Of a stretch of DNA of 64,000 bases, positions 11,883-25,700 are shown in pieces (within the stretch, counting starts at the first letter, position 1; every line of letters begins with the position of its first letter). Below the pieces are notes generated by a model. The model saw only the letters and a program-made list of their open reading frames with translations. It searched no databases and was not told the origin of the DNA. The translations under genes were made by a program, and so were the position numbers. Source of the stretch: Macrostomum lignano (taxonomy: Eukaryota); assembly GCA_002269645.1 (NCBI GenBank), contig NIVC01000936.1, positions 1 through 64,000 on the forward strand, read 5' to 3'.

Positions 11883-13364
11883 ATGGAGGCTGAAGCGGAA
11901 CCGGTTCGTCTAGGCGATTTCTTGGAAAAGAATCGCTGCAAAATCTTCATCAAGTGCTCCGAGACCGAACAATTTGAGCCGGCTTTCGATTCATTGAGGG
12001 CAAGTCTTTTGTTCGATTTTTTGCTAAGGAAACGTCACCACCGATCACAAAATCTTCAGTCGCTTTGACTGGCGACAGTGTCAAAAAGTGCCATCGACCC
12101 TCCCTGAGGACAAACTAACCGACTAAATACGTCAGACTAACTGCTCTTGGGGGCCGTTGACCAGTGGTCTAGCGCGGCGCTATGTGCCAGCGGCCCAGGC
12201 TCGATTCCAAGTGCAGTCACATTAATTTGAGGCTAAATTTGAATCTCGGCTTGGGTCTGCTCGTGCAGTTAATGCCATTGAGGGCTAACCCCCAGGGCAC
12301 AGTGAAGTGTACATGCCTGTGAGTGTGTGTCTGTGTATGTGACTGCGTACGTATCCACGCGCTATCCGGGAGTCGGCGGAATTGGCAGTAATGCCTCTCG
12401 CCGGTTGTGTGACAATGTCGCTTAAAGTGCGCCAGGGTGCACACAGCCGCCTGCCTCTAATAATAAACTACGCTCGTAAAGGCTCTTTCAAAACCCCGAT
12501 CGATTGAGCCATCAAATCACACGACTCATGTACCACCAAGAAACGAAAAATCATATCAGAGTCGCATCAGGAAAATTTTACCTCATTTGAAGGCGCGTGA
12601 ACTAGCTTTATCCGGTGTTATTCAGCAACAGTACTACGAACATGCAAAAGTGCCGTCACTCTCATCTTGGCATCCTAACCAACAATACAAGCTTTGTACC
12701 AGGTTGGTGACCAAGATGCCTCGACAAGTGACGGCACTTTTGCATGCTCGTGATACTAGATCATGCACTGTGAGTTACTGTGCCCTGTGACAGCTTTTCA
12801 CGCGTCAAGTTAGCTTTTCACTCCATCGTCACTCCATTTACACGATAGCATCGCGCTATCTAGCACACTATTTGCATTGGATCGTCAATTCAGATTGTGA
12901 GCTCGGCGGTGTCATCGGACAAGTCTAACAGCCTGATGTCAGGCAGCGGGATGAGCTCCAGCAATCGCTATCTCCTCCAGCTGGCCGTGTTTCGACGCGG
13001 CGACTTCGCCAGGTGCCTGACCCAGCTGTTCGAGCTCAGCCTGCGGAAAGAGCGGCGCGCCTGGCTGCTCGCATGGATTTTAGGCGAGGACAGACGCTTC
13101 CTAGCCCGTCTGAACGCTGACAAAGCCATCGTGCAGGGCGCCCTGATGCACAGAGGCTTCTGGGTGACGGCCAGAGAGGACTTCGCGATGCTTGACAGGA
13201 TGGGGCACCGGTCGGTGCCAAAATGGGACAACCTCCGGCCACTCGTGGGCCCGATGTTGCGCAAGCCGCCAGAGAGGTTGCTGTCCATCTGCTTGGCCTG
13301 GCAACCGAGGACGCTCGAGTTCCCTGGGAAGGAGAAACCCGTAGCTAAGGAAGGAGACGCGTGA
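11883..13364 (+). CDS. Uncharacterised 254-aa protein, 3 exons (11883-11999, 12593-12769, 12894-13364); first intron is GC-AG
   Basis: All junctions are phase 0 and keep one open frame: AGG|GCAAGT...GAAG|GCG, then ACT|GTGAGT...TTCAG|ATT. Start context is GCCATGG. Confidence 0.6.
12149..12467 (+). mobile_element. tRNA-derived SINE-like element in intron 1 of the 11883 gene
   Basis: A-box-like TGACCAGTGG, B-box-like GGCTCGATTCC, then a ~230-bp body and a TAATAATAAA tail. No clear TSD. Confidence 0.55.
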
Positions 13365-14820
13365 CAATGGAAAACACTGCATTGTTTGTACCGTGCCGTG
13401 GGGAAGCATGAGCATGTATTGTGCCGTGACACGTGTGTGGACACGAGATCGACCTTGTCAGAGTGTTACTTTTAGATTTGACATCTCTAACAATAGAGTT
13501 GAATGCTTGTTGAACTCATGTGGAGTTCCGCGCGCACCCGATCGCTTGGCAGTCAACTGTAGACGGAATTGGCTACTATAAAAGTACAAAAGCTCGATCA
13601 TTTTTGCTATTTTAATTGCTTTAGTACAAGAAAAACTTTATTCAAGCTTTCTGTTCCTGTAAAACTGCAAAACTAGAAACTTAAAGCTCTTCATAAATAA
13701 ACGCGTTTCATTTTTCAATGTTATTCAAGTTTCGAGCAGTAAAATCGTTTTTTAAGTAATCAACAAGCAGCTCTACTAACAGTAGGCTAGTATCGGTGAG
13801 TAAATATTCACGGTTGGTTTCAGCTGAGCAGCTCTGCACAGGCCAAGGGAGAGAGGGTGAGACAAGACAAGAATTATTAAACTGTCAGGGTTGAACTAGC
13901 AAAGTTCCACTTTTCGTACCAATTTGCAGCGTACAGCAGCTAGAAACGACCGCCTCATACAATTGAGCAAGTACGAGTACGGACCGCATATGGCATTCAG
14001 TAGTTGCGTAATGCACAGATTCAGAAAATATACGCAAAAGTTATTTCGGGTAGCAACGAAAAGGCTAATGCGCGCAGAGCTTATTTTTAGCTGAGTTTTT
14101 TCTAAGCCAAAGTTTTTCTTTGACTTTCAAGCTGCTCAAGAAATGTTTGTGTAAGTTACTCGTGCTCACGGAGTTTGCGCAAAGTTTGCGGAGGAGGCCA
14201 GGAGAGATGCCTGATGGATACGTACCTTTGGCAAAACAGGCGCAATATAAATATGCAGTCGGATTGCTGGCAATAGCAAAAACTGGAGGTAAAGTTATCA
14301 GTAGTTAAAGCTGTCTACAGGAAGGTAAGTTCTGCAACGGGATCCATCAGAAGATTCCAATCTATGCCGTTATTTCCGATTGTGTCTGGGCAGGTGCGTG
14401 ACGTCCAAAGCGTCAGGTGTCTGCGCTTAAAAATCACCGCATGGCAAAAGTTTTTTTGGTGTTTTAAAAAAGCTTTTTGGCAGTTAAAGTAGATGGTGCG
14501 GTAACGAGCCACGCTGTGTGTGAAAGAATATAGCAGAGTTATTCAGAAACGTAAGTTCTGCAGAAGCTGAGGGCCACAAAAACTTGACAAACGATCGCTC
14601 CCTTGATGTCTGCAATAATACTGTAAAGCAAGGCAAAGCAAAACCTCTGAAGCATGCAAGAACAATTACAGAAATCTTGTTTCTACTGATGCGGCTATTT
14701 ACATAAAAGCATTGTCTAATTATTTGCGCAGTTCGGTACTATAAGCATAAATTACTATATCCTTTGATTATAACGCGTGTACATGCTTTTGCTTTCAAAA
14801 GAGAGCTGCCAGGCCACAGC

Positions 14821-16590
14821 CTAGCCCGAGTGCAGAACTGATTCCGGCGGTATCGAGGCGAAAAACGGATGATGCAGCGCAACTTTGAGCGTCGTCCTTT
14901 CCTCCGGCTCGAATTCCAGCATCCGCTGCATCAGATCCAGGAGGTTGCGCGAATCGACCGTCTCGTCTCGCAGGTATCTATGCAGCGGGCGGCAGTTCTC
15001 GCGCACAAATCGGCCTTCAACTCCGTGATGGTCGAAATCGAGCCTGCCATGCCGGAAGAGGCCGGCTCGCGAGGCTCGAGTCATTCTGTAGGGCACATGG
15101 CCGAGCACTCGCTCCATCATGGCCAGGTGCTCGCGATCTTCGTGCGTCTGGAACAGGGTGAAGCCGGTGTACAGCTCAAACAGAATGCAGCCGATGGACC
15201 AGACGTCACACGGTTGCGCCCAGCCAAGATCCAGGATGACCTCCGGTGCGCGATAGTGACGGGTCGATACCACGCTCGAATGATGCTCGTGGTCAAAGGT
15301 TGCCGAACCGAAATCAATCAGTCGGATGTCGGTGCGGTCAAGCATTCGCTCTTCCTTTTTGCGGCGCGGATTGTAGAAAGTCGTGTAGCTGGACTTCACC
15401 AGCAGGATGTTCTCAGGCTTGAGGTCGGTGTGGGTGAGCTGATTGGCGTGCAGAAAAGCCACTGAGTACACCAGCTGGTAGGCTATGTGTCGCACATGCT
15501 CAATTGGGTAGGGAGCAAAGTCGTTCTCCTTCAAAAAATCAAACACTGACTTGCCAAGCAAGTCAAACACAAGACAAGCGTGGCCAAAGAAGTCGAACCA
15601 ACTCAGTAGTCGGATGCACAGATGCCTTCCGTTAGGGTCGTTTTCCTCAAGTTTCTTGAGAACGTTGATCTCAAGCATGGCTGCTTCACGGTACTTAGTA
15701 ACATTCTTCACAATCTTCACCGCAACGCGAGTCTGGCAGAGGTCTTGCATATCAATGCACTCCGTCACCTTGCCAAAGGTTCCCTCGCCAAGTGTGCGAG
15801 CGATCCGGTAGCGATCTTTTAGTACGTCGCCGAACGCATAGATCAGATGGCCGTCTGAGTCATCTCGATAAGGTGATTTCTCCTTGCACAGGAGGCCAGC
15901 GCCACGGCGGGTTCGCCTCCGAGGCTCCGCCGGCTCTGCGGGCTCCGTGGGTGCTGACTCGTCCTCGTTTAGGGACCGGCGACGCCGGGGCCTCCTCCGT
16001 TCCACTCGCGTCGAAGTCGCCTCCTCAACCACTGGTGGTTGTTCAACGCCATTTCCATTCTGAGTTGTTGTCTCAGTTTTAGAAGTTTCTTTGGTCTCCT
16101 TGTCTGCAGCTGTTGCTGTCGTTGCCGCTGCCACCATCCTTCGCCTCCACGAAGGCGGAGATGACTGCGGCGGTGGGGGCGTTGGCGATGTTTGCTTCGG
16201 TGGCGACGGTGGCGGCGATGGTTTCTTCGGTGCCTGGAGCTTCAGCGGCGACTTCTCAGGCTGCTTCGCTGGATCTGGTTGCGCTGGGCCCGCTCCACCG
16301 CCGCGCAGTGAGGCCAGCTGCTGGCCCAGCTTCTCGAGGTCGCTTCGCAACTGCTCCAGTTGACTCTTTCGACAGTGTCGGCTGACTGCTGCAGCAGCTT
16401 GCGGCTGCGCGGCAGCAGCAGACTGATTCGGAGGCGGTGGAGACTCCGGGTCGGGATCTTTGAAGGTCAGCGGAATGGCAGCGTCAGTACGAGCGCCATG
16501 ATAGCCCCTCATCTGACGGGCTCGCCGCCGAGCTGGCTGCTTCTGAGCCGACGATGGCTGAGTCGCCACATCCTGCGTCATTTTGTTCAA
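14821..16590 (-). CDS. CLK: CLK/Doa LAMMER dual-specificity kinase, 589 aa, single coding exon
   Basis: Motifs [30 protein letters not shown] and the signature [11 protein letters not shown]. Confidence 0.97.
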   Translation of the reverse strand: MNKMTQDVATQPSSAQKQPARRRARQMRGYHGARTDAAIPLTFKDPDPESPPPPNQSAAAAQPQAAAAVSRHCRKSQLEQLRSDLEKLGQQLASLRGGGAGPAQPDPAKQPEKSPLKLQAPKKPSPPPSPPKQTSPTPPPPQSSPPSWRRRMVAAATTATAADKETKETSKTETTTQNGNGVEQPPVVEEATSTRVERRRPRRRRSLNEDESAPTEPAEPAEPRRRTRRGAGLLCKEKSPYRDDSDGHLIYAFGDVLKDRYRIARTLGEGTFGKVTECIDMQDLCQTRVAVKIVKNVTKYREAAMLEINVLKKLEENDPNGRHLCIRLLSWFDFFGHACLVFDLLGKSVFDFLKENDFAPYPIEHVRHIAYQLVYSVAFLHANQLTHTDLKPENILLVKSSYTTFYNPRRKKEERMLDRTDIRLIDFGSATFDHEHHSSVVSTRHYRAPEVILDLGWAQPCDVWSIGCILFELYTGFTLFQTHEDREHLAMMERVLGHVPYRMTRASRAGLFRHGRLDFDHHGVEGRFVRENCRPLHRYLRDETVDSRNLLDLMQRMLEFEPEERTTLKVALHHPFFASIPPESVLHSG

Positions 16591-18307
16591 GCTTCGTCTT
16601 TAGTATTTGTCCTAGGACCAAGTCTAGCTCCAGAAAAGCCGTTCTGGTCTCTGTGATTTTCTTTGGCACCGGACCGGCTGAAGCAGAGCTTGGATCCTGA
16701 AGGGGCAGAGACCTCTTCCAGCCTGGCCATCTATGGCCCAGTGGCGCTTGCTCTTGTACCTTCGGGGTGAATTCAGTGCGTAGAAGCAGAGGAGTGAAAG
16801 CCAACAACGGACCAGTCCGAATCCCCATCCCATCCAGCAGTGCATGCCCGGTGAGTCATTGCGTTTCCAAGCTGGGCGAAAGCCGAAAATTCTTTGCGCT
16901 ATGCCTTCCTCCCCATCCGTGTCTATCGAGTGCAGAGCTTCGGGTTCCTCGTCCAAGGGGGATGGGATTTTCGCGGGGAAATGTCACCACAGGAAGGAAG
17001 GTAGAGGTGGAGCGGGGTTAAAGGCAGCGCCAGACATGTCTGAAGCTGCAGTCCACCAATTCTGCAGTCAGAGACCCGCGTACCTGCGTCCCACTAGATA
17101 ATGGTAGGCGACTAAAGCTATTCCCTGCCGCTGCGGACCGTTTGAAGCGTGCACTGAAGCTTGCACAGTTGGAACACTACAGTTGCTATGGGCCGAAAGG
17201 TTGATCTGTCAATGCCCCAGAAAGGATGGAACTTTGGCGGCAAAACTTCGTCTCGGGTTTCTGAGCTTTCTGAACTTGTCTCAGCTGTGGTAGCTCTATC
17301 ACAGTTCCGATAGAGAATCTGAGCCAAGCAAGTCGAAGCCAGCAATTGGAAAAAAGCAACTCCATTGTTTCATCTCTGCTGATGGAGCTGCCTCTGCGTC
17401 TGCGATCTAGTCACGAATTGGATTGGAGCGGCCTGCTGCCATCATTTCCGCTCATGCTTTCTGCTCTGCCTGTCTCTCTATCATTGTGCCTCTGCCTGTC
17501 TATTCAACCTCGGCTTCATCCAAACCAACCCTCCTACTTAGCTTAGATTTTATTTTTCTTTCTGCCAGAAAAATTTGCCCGAAACGAAGTCGCACGGTGG
17601 CGCCATTTTCACTGAGCCTCTTGCCTACGCCGAGTACAAAGAGTGATGAGAGATGGCCAGTTGCAGCGGCTGCTGCTCACTGAGCAACCCAACGCTTCCC
17701 TTTGATTTCCCATCTTCTGAGCTCTTTTTGCTTGCTCCTTCATGCAGTTTTTTCTTCTGTTTCTTCTGCAGTCCGAGTTTCTGGACAAGAACTGCAAGGC
17801 TTCTGTCCTACCTGCCTACCTGTCCTTTTCTGCCCCGATGCTCGTGTTCAATTCCCTACACAGCCTCCCAACCATTCGCCTACATCTGCATCTTGCTCAG
17901 CAGACTTTGCAGACTTCATCTCCATCGTCACCGGGCTTCGAGAAAAACTGAAAAGAGATGAAACGAATAAACGAATCTCTGAACATGCTCGCGAGAGACA
18001 AAAAAGAGAAAGAGAGAAAGAGAGAGAGAGAAGGAACGAGGCCAATAATTCCATTCCAAGAAATACAGAGCAGAGATACAAAAAACCAACCGTACTACTC
18101 TTTGATTAAGACTGCCGCATGGTTCCAGGAAATTAAAAGCGTGTGGCATTCCATTTTTAAGCACTACCCACCAGCTGAGCCAGCTGAAATGCAAAACAAA
18201 ATTGTCTTCATATTCTCGGGCCGTCCTTTCTATCTCTATCCTGCACTCCGTAACAGCCTAGCAACAGACAACATGACAGCAGCGGCAAACCAGCAACGGC
18301 AGAAACG

Positions 18308-18339
<32 letters not shown>

Positions 18340-21300
18340 TCTGAGAAGGCCTCTCCACTTCCCGTCACTTCGTCTCTCTCTCCCCGCTCCTCCCTGGGGG
18401 CCATGCCAGTAGCGGATGCAGGGTGAAAAAAGGGCCGTGACGTGGTGACGCCGCGCGCGCAATGCAGTCAATTTTTTGAGAAGCTGCGCTCCGCTCACAT
18501 TGGATCTGCAGCCGGCGAGTGGGGAACGTGGAAAAGATGCATGGTGAGGGGAGAGGGAGACACTCTTCTGCGGGGGGGGGGGTACCTACTCGTACGTCAT
18601 TGTTCTCATCCACCATTGCCTTAGTTCTGATCACGTAGCAAGCTGCAGCCGTGGCACTGCTGGTGCTGCTGCAAGCTGATTGCAAAGGCTGTTCGTAAAC
18701 AGCGCATGAAGCTGAATAGGGAAATTTTGTTTAATTGAATGGACAAAAAATTAAATGCCTTGAACCAGCTTTTCCGATGGATGAGGGGGCATACAATCTG
18801 ACACAAAAGATTGCTGTCGGAGGCACTAAACCGCTCAGAGCTGTGTCCCCAGGGTTCAACTCACTTCCTCTACTTGACGGTTTGGATGAGGAAATCAGAG
18901 ACTCCGCCGAATCCCATGCTTTCCCGAATTTCATGACAACTAAAAACTCCCAAGTGATGCTGATCTCGATTGACGAGCTCCATCCCCTTCTGTTTCCCGC
19001 CTTCCTGCTGGAAATGCGATCAGTTCGCAGCTGCCGCAGAGAAAATCAAACCGCTTCATCATTCAGTTCAACCAATCAACCAACCACTTCTTCGGCTTTA
19101 AGAATTCTCGCGTGATAATCTGCGAGGTGGTTTGTCTTTATGTCGACTGTGAAGACAGTAAAATACATTTCAATGTTACCTACATGAATTTTTTGTAAAC
19201 ACAAATTCATAGACAGCTAAATCTAGGGATCTGCAGGGGAAAAAGACCCCACTAGCTTCAATAGAATTGGTAGTGGCTTCAGTCACCTGTCAGGATATTT
19301 TATCTCCCTTCCTACCAGAGAATGTTATATAGCTCATGGATAGGCTAAAAGGAAAGAGGTCAAAAAGAACGCACTTTCCTTCCCTTCCCTCTATCCTCAT
19401 CGTGAGCGCCCGGAGGCAGCCTTGAGACGCGGATTTTTTCAAAGGGTTTCGCAACTCGAGCGGCCGGCACCTGCTCCTCTGAGTCGGGGAGGAGCCACCT
19501 CGAGGCCGACAATTCCTGTCTCCCATCCAGCCCAATTAGGCAGCAAGATTGGCACGCAATTGCTACACCCTGTTCCTTTCCGACAGGGCTTTTATTATTA
19601 AGTGTCATTAATTTGGCGAGCAAGACTTGACTAAGCAAATTCCCTTTGCTGACATTTAACAGCAACTGACTAAATGGGTGCGACCTTTGCAACTATTAGA
19701 GATTTGAGACGAGAGCTAAATGTGGAAACCTTAGCAACTCATCTCTTTGTTACAACACTATACACCTTGTGGCGTTCCTACCTGACTTTTGTAGGAGCTG
19801 CTCGCAATTCGATTGGCAGTACTGACATCCTATTAATATTCGTAGTACTGATTTGTACTTTATTGAATCCTGCTTGTGCATCAATTTGTTGCACCCTCTG
19901 CTTGATGCTTTTAACAAGCCCAATTCGCTCAACCAGGTCCGGAATTTTCTTTGCTGACATCGAAAAGGACTAATAAGTAAATGAGCAGTCGCTGCAGCAG
20001 AGTCCGAGCATCAAGAAAAGCTGGAATCGTTTGCTGCGAGCAAAATTGCCACGAAGAAAGAGAGCACACACAGCTCACACGCAAGCATCTGCATGATTGC
20101 TGCGGTTGGTGACTGTGGCTGGAGTGAAGTTGGACACCCCATCTGCAGTCTCGAGCATTGAGATTCGCTCCATTTGTGCAGACCTTGCGGGGCCACACAT
20201 GCTCTGGGTAAACAATTCTCAGTTCGACTCAAAGCGCTTTGTTGATGGTCCCCGCGCTCAGCTTTGTGTTCTCACCAGGTCTGACGTGGCTGCAGGCTGC
20301 AGCCCCACCCACTCCTCTTTTACTTGCTCTCCTTATTTTCTCTCGTCCTCTTGTCTACCCCACTCTATTTCTGCTTTGGCTGGCAGTATTTGGCACCATT
20401 GAATTCGTCCGCGGTCCGGTGCTAAGAGCCTGGCACGTTGAGTTCGTTCGTGCGGCGGAGTGAGAAGTGTCCCACCCCACACTCTGCCCTCCGGAGCTGG
20501 ACTGGGACTCCATGATGCCTGCATGGTGCGTGCCAGTGCGAGCCAGTGTTGGGCTGTAGACTATGACTCACTCTGCGCTCATCTGGCAGCAACAGAACTT
20601 GGAGAACCCTTGCTCCAGCGAGCCCTCTAGCAGTCGGAAAACTCTTTACTGCTAACGCTTGTACAAGCCGTATACGAGCCATTGCTATTGCTGACATGAG
20701 CCTTGGATACCATTTTTTCTTTCTCCAGTCTAAACCGAAAACTGCATGGCTATTTTCTCTACTCACTGGTACAGTTCCAGGCAGCTCAGGCTTATTAAAT
20801 TGCCTGCTTTCAGCATCTGCTGTTGCCTGTTGCTGCAAACATTGCTGGTCAATACAAAATACAGTATTGTACAATAATATATAAATATAAAATACACTGT
20901 GCCGCGCACCAAGCTATATTCAGCATCAATGCAGTATGAAACCTTTGCTATGCTCATCCAATGCTTTTCTTGTATTCCGTAGCCTGTCACACATGACTCA
21001 GCTCAGCGAGCTGCTGACAAGAGCAATGCTGCAGGTGTTGGCATTCTTCAACGAAGAACTAAGAGCTAAGAAGTAATGCTACTCAGTAATTTTCACCGGA
21101 TTTTTAACCTTACACTTCACAAAATCGGTTTCCAATAATGTGAGCTCTAGGAAGCATTATTGTCTATTGGTCATTGCGAATGCAACAGGAAATGTGAGTG
21201 CGCAGTCAGACTGACTATACAAGCAAAGCAGGGTCAAGAGGCAGTTTTTCTACTATGTGCAACAGACCTGGCAGATTAACTGCTCAAGCCGCAATGCAGA

Positions 21301-22705
21301 TACAAGCGAATTCCTGGCCACTGTAGTGTAGAGAGTGTTGCAGAAACTACAGAAAGCGGATGCGGACCAGTGGCAAAAACCCTATCAATCTGAGCATACA
21401 GGAGGAGCCAGAGCTAGTACAGGAAACGGAGATAGGGTCCTCAGTGCTGTCCAACAAGTCAATGCTACGAGCGTAGATTTTTTAAGAGAAGTGCAACGAG
21501 AGACAGCTAGTTCCATGCAGTTCAGACTGGGCACAAGTTTAGAAATTCAAAGATGCCAGCTAGTGCAGACAGTTCTGCAGAAGCAAATTTTGCGCAATAT
21601 GATTATTATATTTCATTCATTCCCGTTGCGGTGCACTGAAGGTACAGGACAGACAGATGGCCCTTCTGAAAGCGGAGGCCAAACAACGCAAATGGCATCT
21701 GAGATTGAAATCTACCTCGGATGCAAATTGCCATATCCAAGTCCTGACTGTTGCCTCCGCTTCCATTTAGTTTAAGCGCCATTATTTTGCAGCAGCCAGT
21801 TGAACTGAAATTCATCAGGGCCTGATACGGCAGGGGTGCCAGCGGCCCAAGCCGAAACATGCCCCCAAGTTGGCGAGGGGGGACCTCTGGTTGAGCAAAG
21901 GGAGGCCCGCCGCGCGTTGCGTACATTGGGGGCAGCCACCCCACCCTCCGCGCCATTCCCCCGCCCAAATCTTTAATTCAACCACCAGGCGGCTTCAGCA
22001 GTGGAGATAGGAAGGCAGGATTGAGCGGGGAGGGGCGGGTGAGGGGAGGAAGGGTTTTGGGGCCGCGAAAGCAGGCGCTGCTGAGAGAGGCCTGTTATAG
22101 GCTGGCGAGCGAAAACAAGGCGAGCGAATTGAAAAGCAACTTGTAGCAGGACGGGGGCCCACCATTCTTCGTGGCCTCGTTGCTATTAAATAGAAGAGGT
22201 TCAAAGCATCAGAGAGCTCTGAGCTGAGTTGAATCGCTGACTGAGTAACAGGGCCCCTCAGCGAGATCTGCCTTAGTTTTTGTATTGTCTGGCCGCCACT
22301 AACAATTTCGACTGCTAACCACAACCACAGGCCACAGCTTGGTGAGCGCAGCAGACCAATTTGTTGATTGTTCTTACCTCAGCTAGACACCAGCGCACCC
22401 AACCCCCCTCACAATCAAACAGCCTGGTGGGTCCGACCTGATAAAAATCAATAAAAGGAAGGAGTTTATATCAGTATCAGTGCGGAAAGAGAGAGAAGGG
22501 TGAAAACCTCCGCTGTGCTGGGCGCCAACTTTGGATCGTCCAAGATATGGCTCTGAACTGAACCCCCTAGTCCTGTAGGCGGTCTCATTTATAGATTTAA
22601 GCTGGTGAGCAGTCAAGGGCCTCGCAAGAGAGACAGAGAAGAGGCCCTAAGCAAAGAGCGATAACAGATCCAATTCGTATTGCCTTTGCCCAGACCAGCG
22701 AAGCC

Positions 22706-25700
22706 ATGAGCCTCAAACTGGACGACAGTCCGTTTCACCACTGCCGCCTGTGCACTAAGGCCTATTCGTCCGAGAAGAGTCTCAACAAGCACCTGCGCAA
22801 GAAGCACCACGCCCACAGCCTGGTGGGCAGGGCCAGCCCGGGGGTGAACTTGGCTGATTCGGCATCCTCCGACGACCATCAACGGATGGTGTCCGCTGCA
22901 AAGGGAGACATCCTCACGCTAACAGTGCCAGTGACCAACGTCGGCTCCGTCAGTCAAGCGTCGCTAGATGAGGTCGTCATTGTCTGCCCAGAGTGCAGCG
23001 GCACCATCAAGAGCAAGAAGGGCGTTGCTAAGCACTACATGTGCTTCCACAATGGTGTGTACGCCGCCTGGAAGTCCGGCTGGTTTGGCCGCAGCATCCG
23101 CCTAATGGACCTGACCAAGGAGATGATCCGCAGTTTTCACGCCTCCGAGGAGTCTTCCGTGTCCAGTGCTGCTGGTGTAGCCATGAAAAGGACGGGCCCG
23201 CCGATTGTCGAGGACACAGAAGAGCCGTTGGTCACAGGCATGGTTCTAGATGGTGCTGACGAGGTCGATGATGACTCCACCAACCTGTCTGGCCCATCCA
23301 CCAACGACCAGCAACTGCAGACGAAGGCTGCGCCAACACCGGAGCCAATCCGTAGAATTCCAAGCTCTAATGGTCTTCTAGCGCAGCGGCCTGGGAAACG
23401 ATCAAAGCTGAAGACTCAGCTAGCAACCACGGCGCCGTTCTTTATGAGCAAGGAAGGCAAGTTGGAGTTTAACACCAACGAGAATCCACTCGACATCAAC
23501 TGCCCGTTCTGCATCACGCACAAAACTACAATCAAAGGCCTCGCCAAGCATTGTGTCAATCACCACCTCGATGAGTACACGAGCTGGAAGAACGGCAAGT
23601 TCGGCTCCGTTCAGCTGCGTTACGTGAAACCAAACCCGGACATCCTCAGCCAGACGCTCAACGAGTACGATCAGTTCACAAAGCAGTCGGATGAGATTAC
23701 CATCGACGAGATGCAAGAGGATGCAGATCAGCGATCGATGGATAAAGAAGAAATTGAGTTGGACGAATCCGATCCGGCCACACCCACGCCGTCGACACCG
23801 CCGCCCTCCGTGAAATCGGCGTCTGCTGAAGTCATTTGCAACGGCAACAAGGCGTCAGGAGCAGCCGCAACCGCGCCCGCCGCTGCTGCTAACCCCACCC
23901 ATTTCGACGATGACAAGCAGGCCACACCGTGTCCGTTCTGCGGCGAGCTAATCTTCTCCAAGGGCATGGGCAAGCACTGCATCTACTTCCACCATGAGCA
24001 GTACCAGGAGTGGAAGGCTGGAAAATTCGGCATTGTTCCTCTTCGATTTGTACCCAGCCAGATTAGCGCCTGCGGTAACCCCAAGGAGATGTCGGAGCGA
24101 GCGCTAAAGCGACGCGAGGCGCGCAAGAAGAACGGTATCAGCATCACTGTGCCGCTGATGGAGACTGCGTCGACATCGTCTATTTCTGGTGGAGTGACAG
24201 GTGCAGCGGCAGAAACGGCTGCACCGGATTCATCTTCGAGCAAGGTGACGCTGAGAATCAAGACGAATGCCTTTAACAACGAGGTCTGTCGTTGCGGCGA
24301 GTGCGGCCGAGTATTTGACAAGCCAGTAGCCTCAGTCAGCACCTGCGGATTCACAAGTACGGCCCGTCGATGTCCAAGCAGGGGACCCAGCCGCAGACAG
24401 CCGATGAACCTACGGAGGACTTTGCTAACGACGTTGAAGAAGGGGACGAGGAAGACATCGTGTTCGTCTGTCACTGCTGCGAGGCCGCATTCGGCTCTGC
24501 CGATGAGTTAAAGCGACATCTAGTTGAACGACACCAGGCCACCGACGAGCCGCTGCCACCCGCTGATGACGAGTCGGAAGACGGCGAGTCAGACCGCTTA
24601 GTCCGCTTCATGTGCCACCTCTGTCACACAGTGCACAGCAGCCGGCGCAGTCTTTTGCTCCACATTCGAGTGCACTGGGCTGCGGTCAGTCAATCTGATA
24701 CTGCTGCCGCTGCCAGCGCTAGAGAACCAGGCGAGCTGTCACCAGAAGCCTCACCTTCATCATCTCCATCCTCGGTGTCGATGTCGGCATCGCAAGACCG
24801 ACCCGACCGGCATTTCTGCAGCATCTGCCAGTCCTGCTTTCCGTCGGCGCGCAGCCTGGCTCAGCACAATCGGGTGCACAAGTTCGGCACCGGTGTGTTG
24901 AAGTCTTCTAACGGACTGACCAATGCTGCTTGTCTAGACCAGGACGGCAACGACAGCGGCGACAGAGGCGAGGACTTGTCCATGGAAGGCCGTCTGCAGA
25001 TCTCTGACACTGGCAGCTGGACATTGGCGGCCTCGTCTCGGGCCGGCTGTCCGAAGTGTGGCAAAGTCTTCGCTGACAGGTACTTCCTGTGCGATCATCT
25101 CGGACGCTGCTTCGCCGAAGCGCTGGCCGACGGCGAGCTGGAGATGGGAGACCTAGTCTCCATGGCTGGAGTACCCATGGACGGATCAACATCGCATGTG
25201 AGTATTTTTACGTGGTGAAAACGTATGGGATCTTGCTTTTATAGGCCCCTCGTAATTATTCTATAAACTTTGCTCTCATATTTCTCCACGCCCTACCCTC
25301 TTCCTCTACAATCTTAGCTGTTTCACATTCTTCCTTTACTTTGTAGATTGTACGGGTTTACATTGGGGGTTGTGCAGGAACCACTTGATAATCACCAGCG
25401 TTATTACCAGAAACCGCTATTAGGCCATTTTTGCTCAGCATATTTTGTCCGCATGTCAAGTTAAGCAGTCCCCACGAATGAATGAGGAAATTCTGGAAAC
25501 GCATCATCCCTGAACAGCTCGAAAGTAATAGTCTATGGCAACTGGACCTCGTCTAATGTCTATCGTTCGTTTGAACGAAGCCCCCTGCCCCACAGTGTTT
25601 CATCGATGTCAATCTGTCAGATCTGATCCAGTTATAAGGATTCCAAATTCAGAAACCCTAAAACTATTATTGAGAAGATCATGCCAAAATATAAGTCAAC

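Noticed and set aside
12149-12222. Functional tRNA gene (also at 27908-27980)
   Set aside because: The boxes are present but the acceptor and anticodon stems do not pair properly; called SINE-like instead.
14869-16385. Plus-strand ORFs opposite CLK, likewise 49257-50427 opposite calreticulin and 33931-38089 opposite pol
   Set aside because: Antisense shadows of GC3-rich coding sequence with no recognisable motifs.
18300-18340. (CAG)n polyglutamine run in ORF 17958-18344
   Set aside because: The surrounding ORF crosses an AG-rich tract and has no coding hallmarks; likely non-coding.
19781-19969. Exon-like minus-strand segment (SFSMSAKKIPDLVERIG...APTKV, flanked by TTAG and GTAGGA), plus exon-like pieces at 13931-14288 (+)
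   Set aside because: Plausible splice sites, but I could not build a complete gene or assign a family; left uncalled.
24310-24370. Programmed -1 frameshift in the zinc-finger gene
   Set aside because: There is no slippery heptamer, and the break falls in the middle of a finger; a sequencing deletion is simpler.
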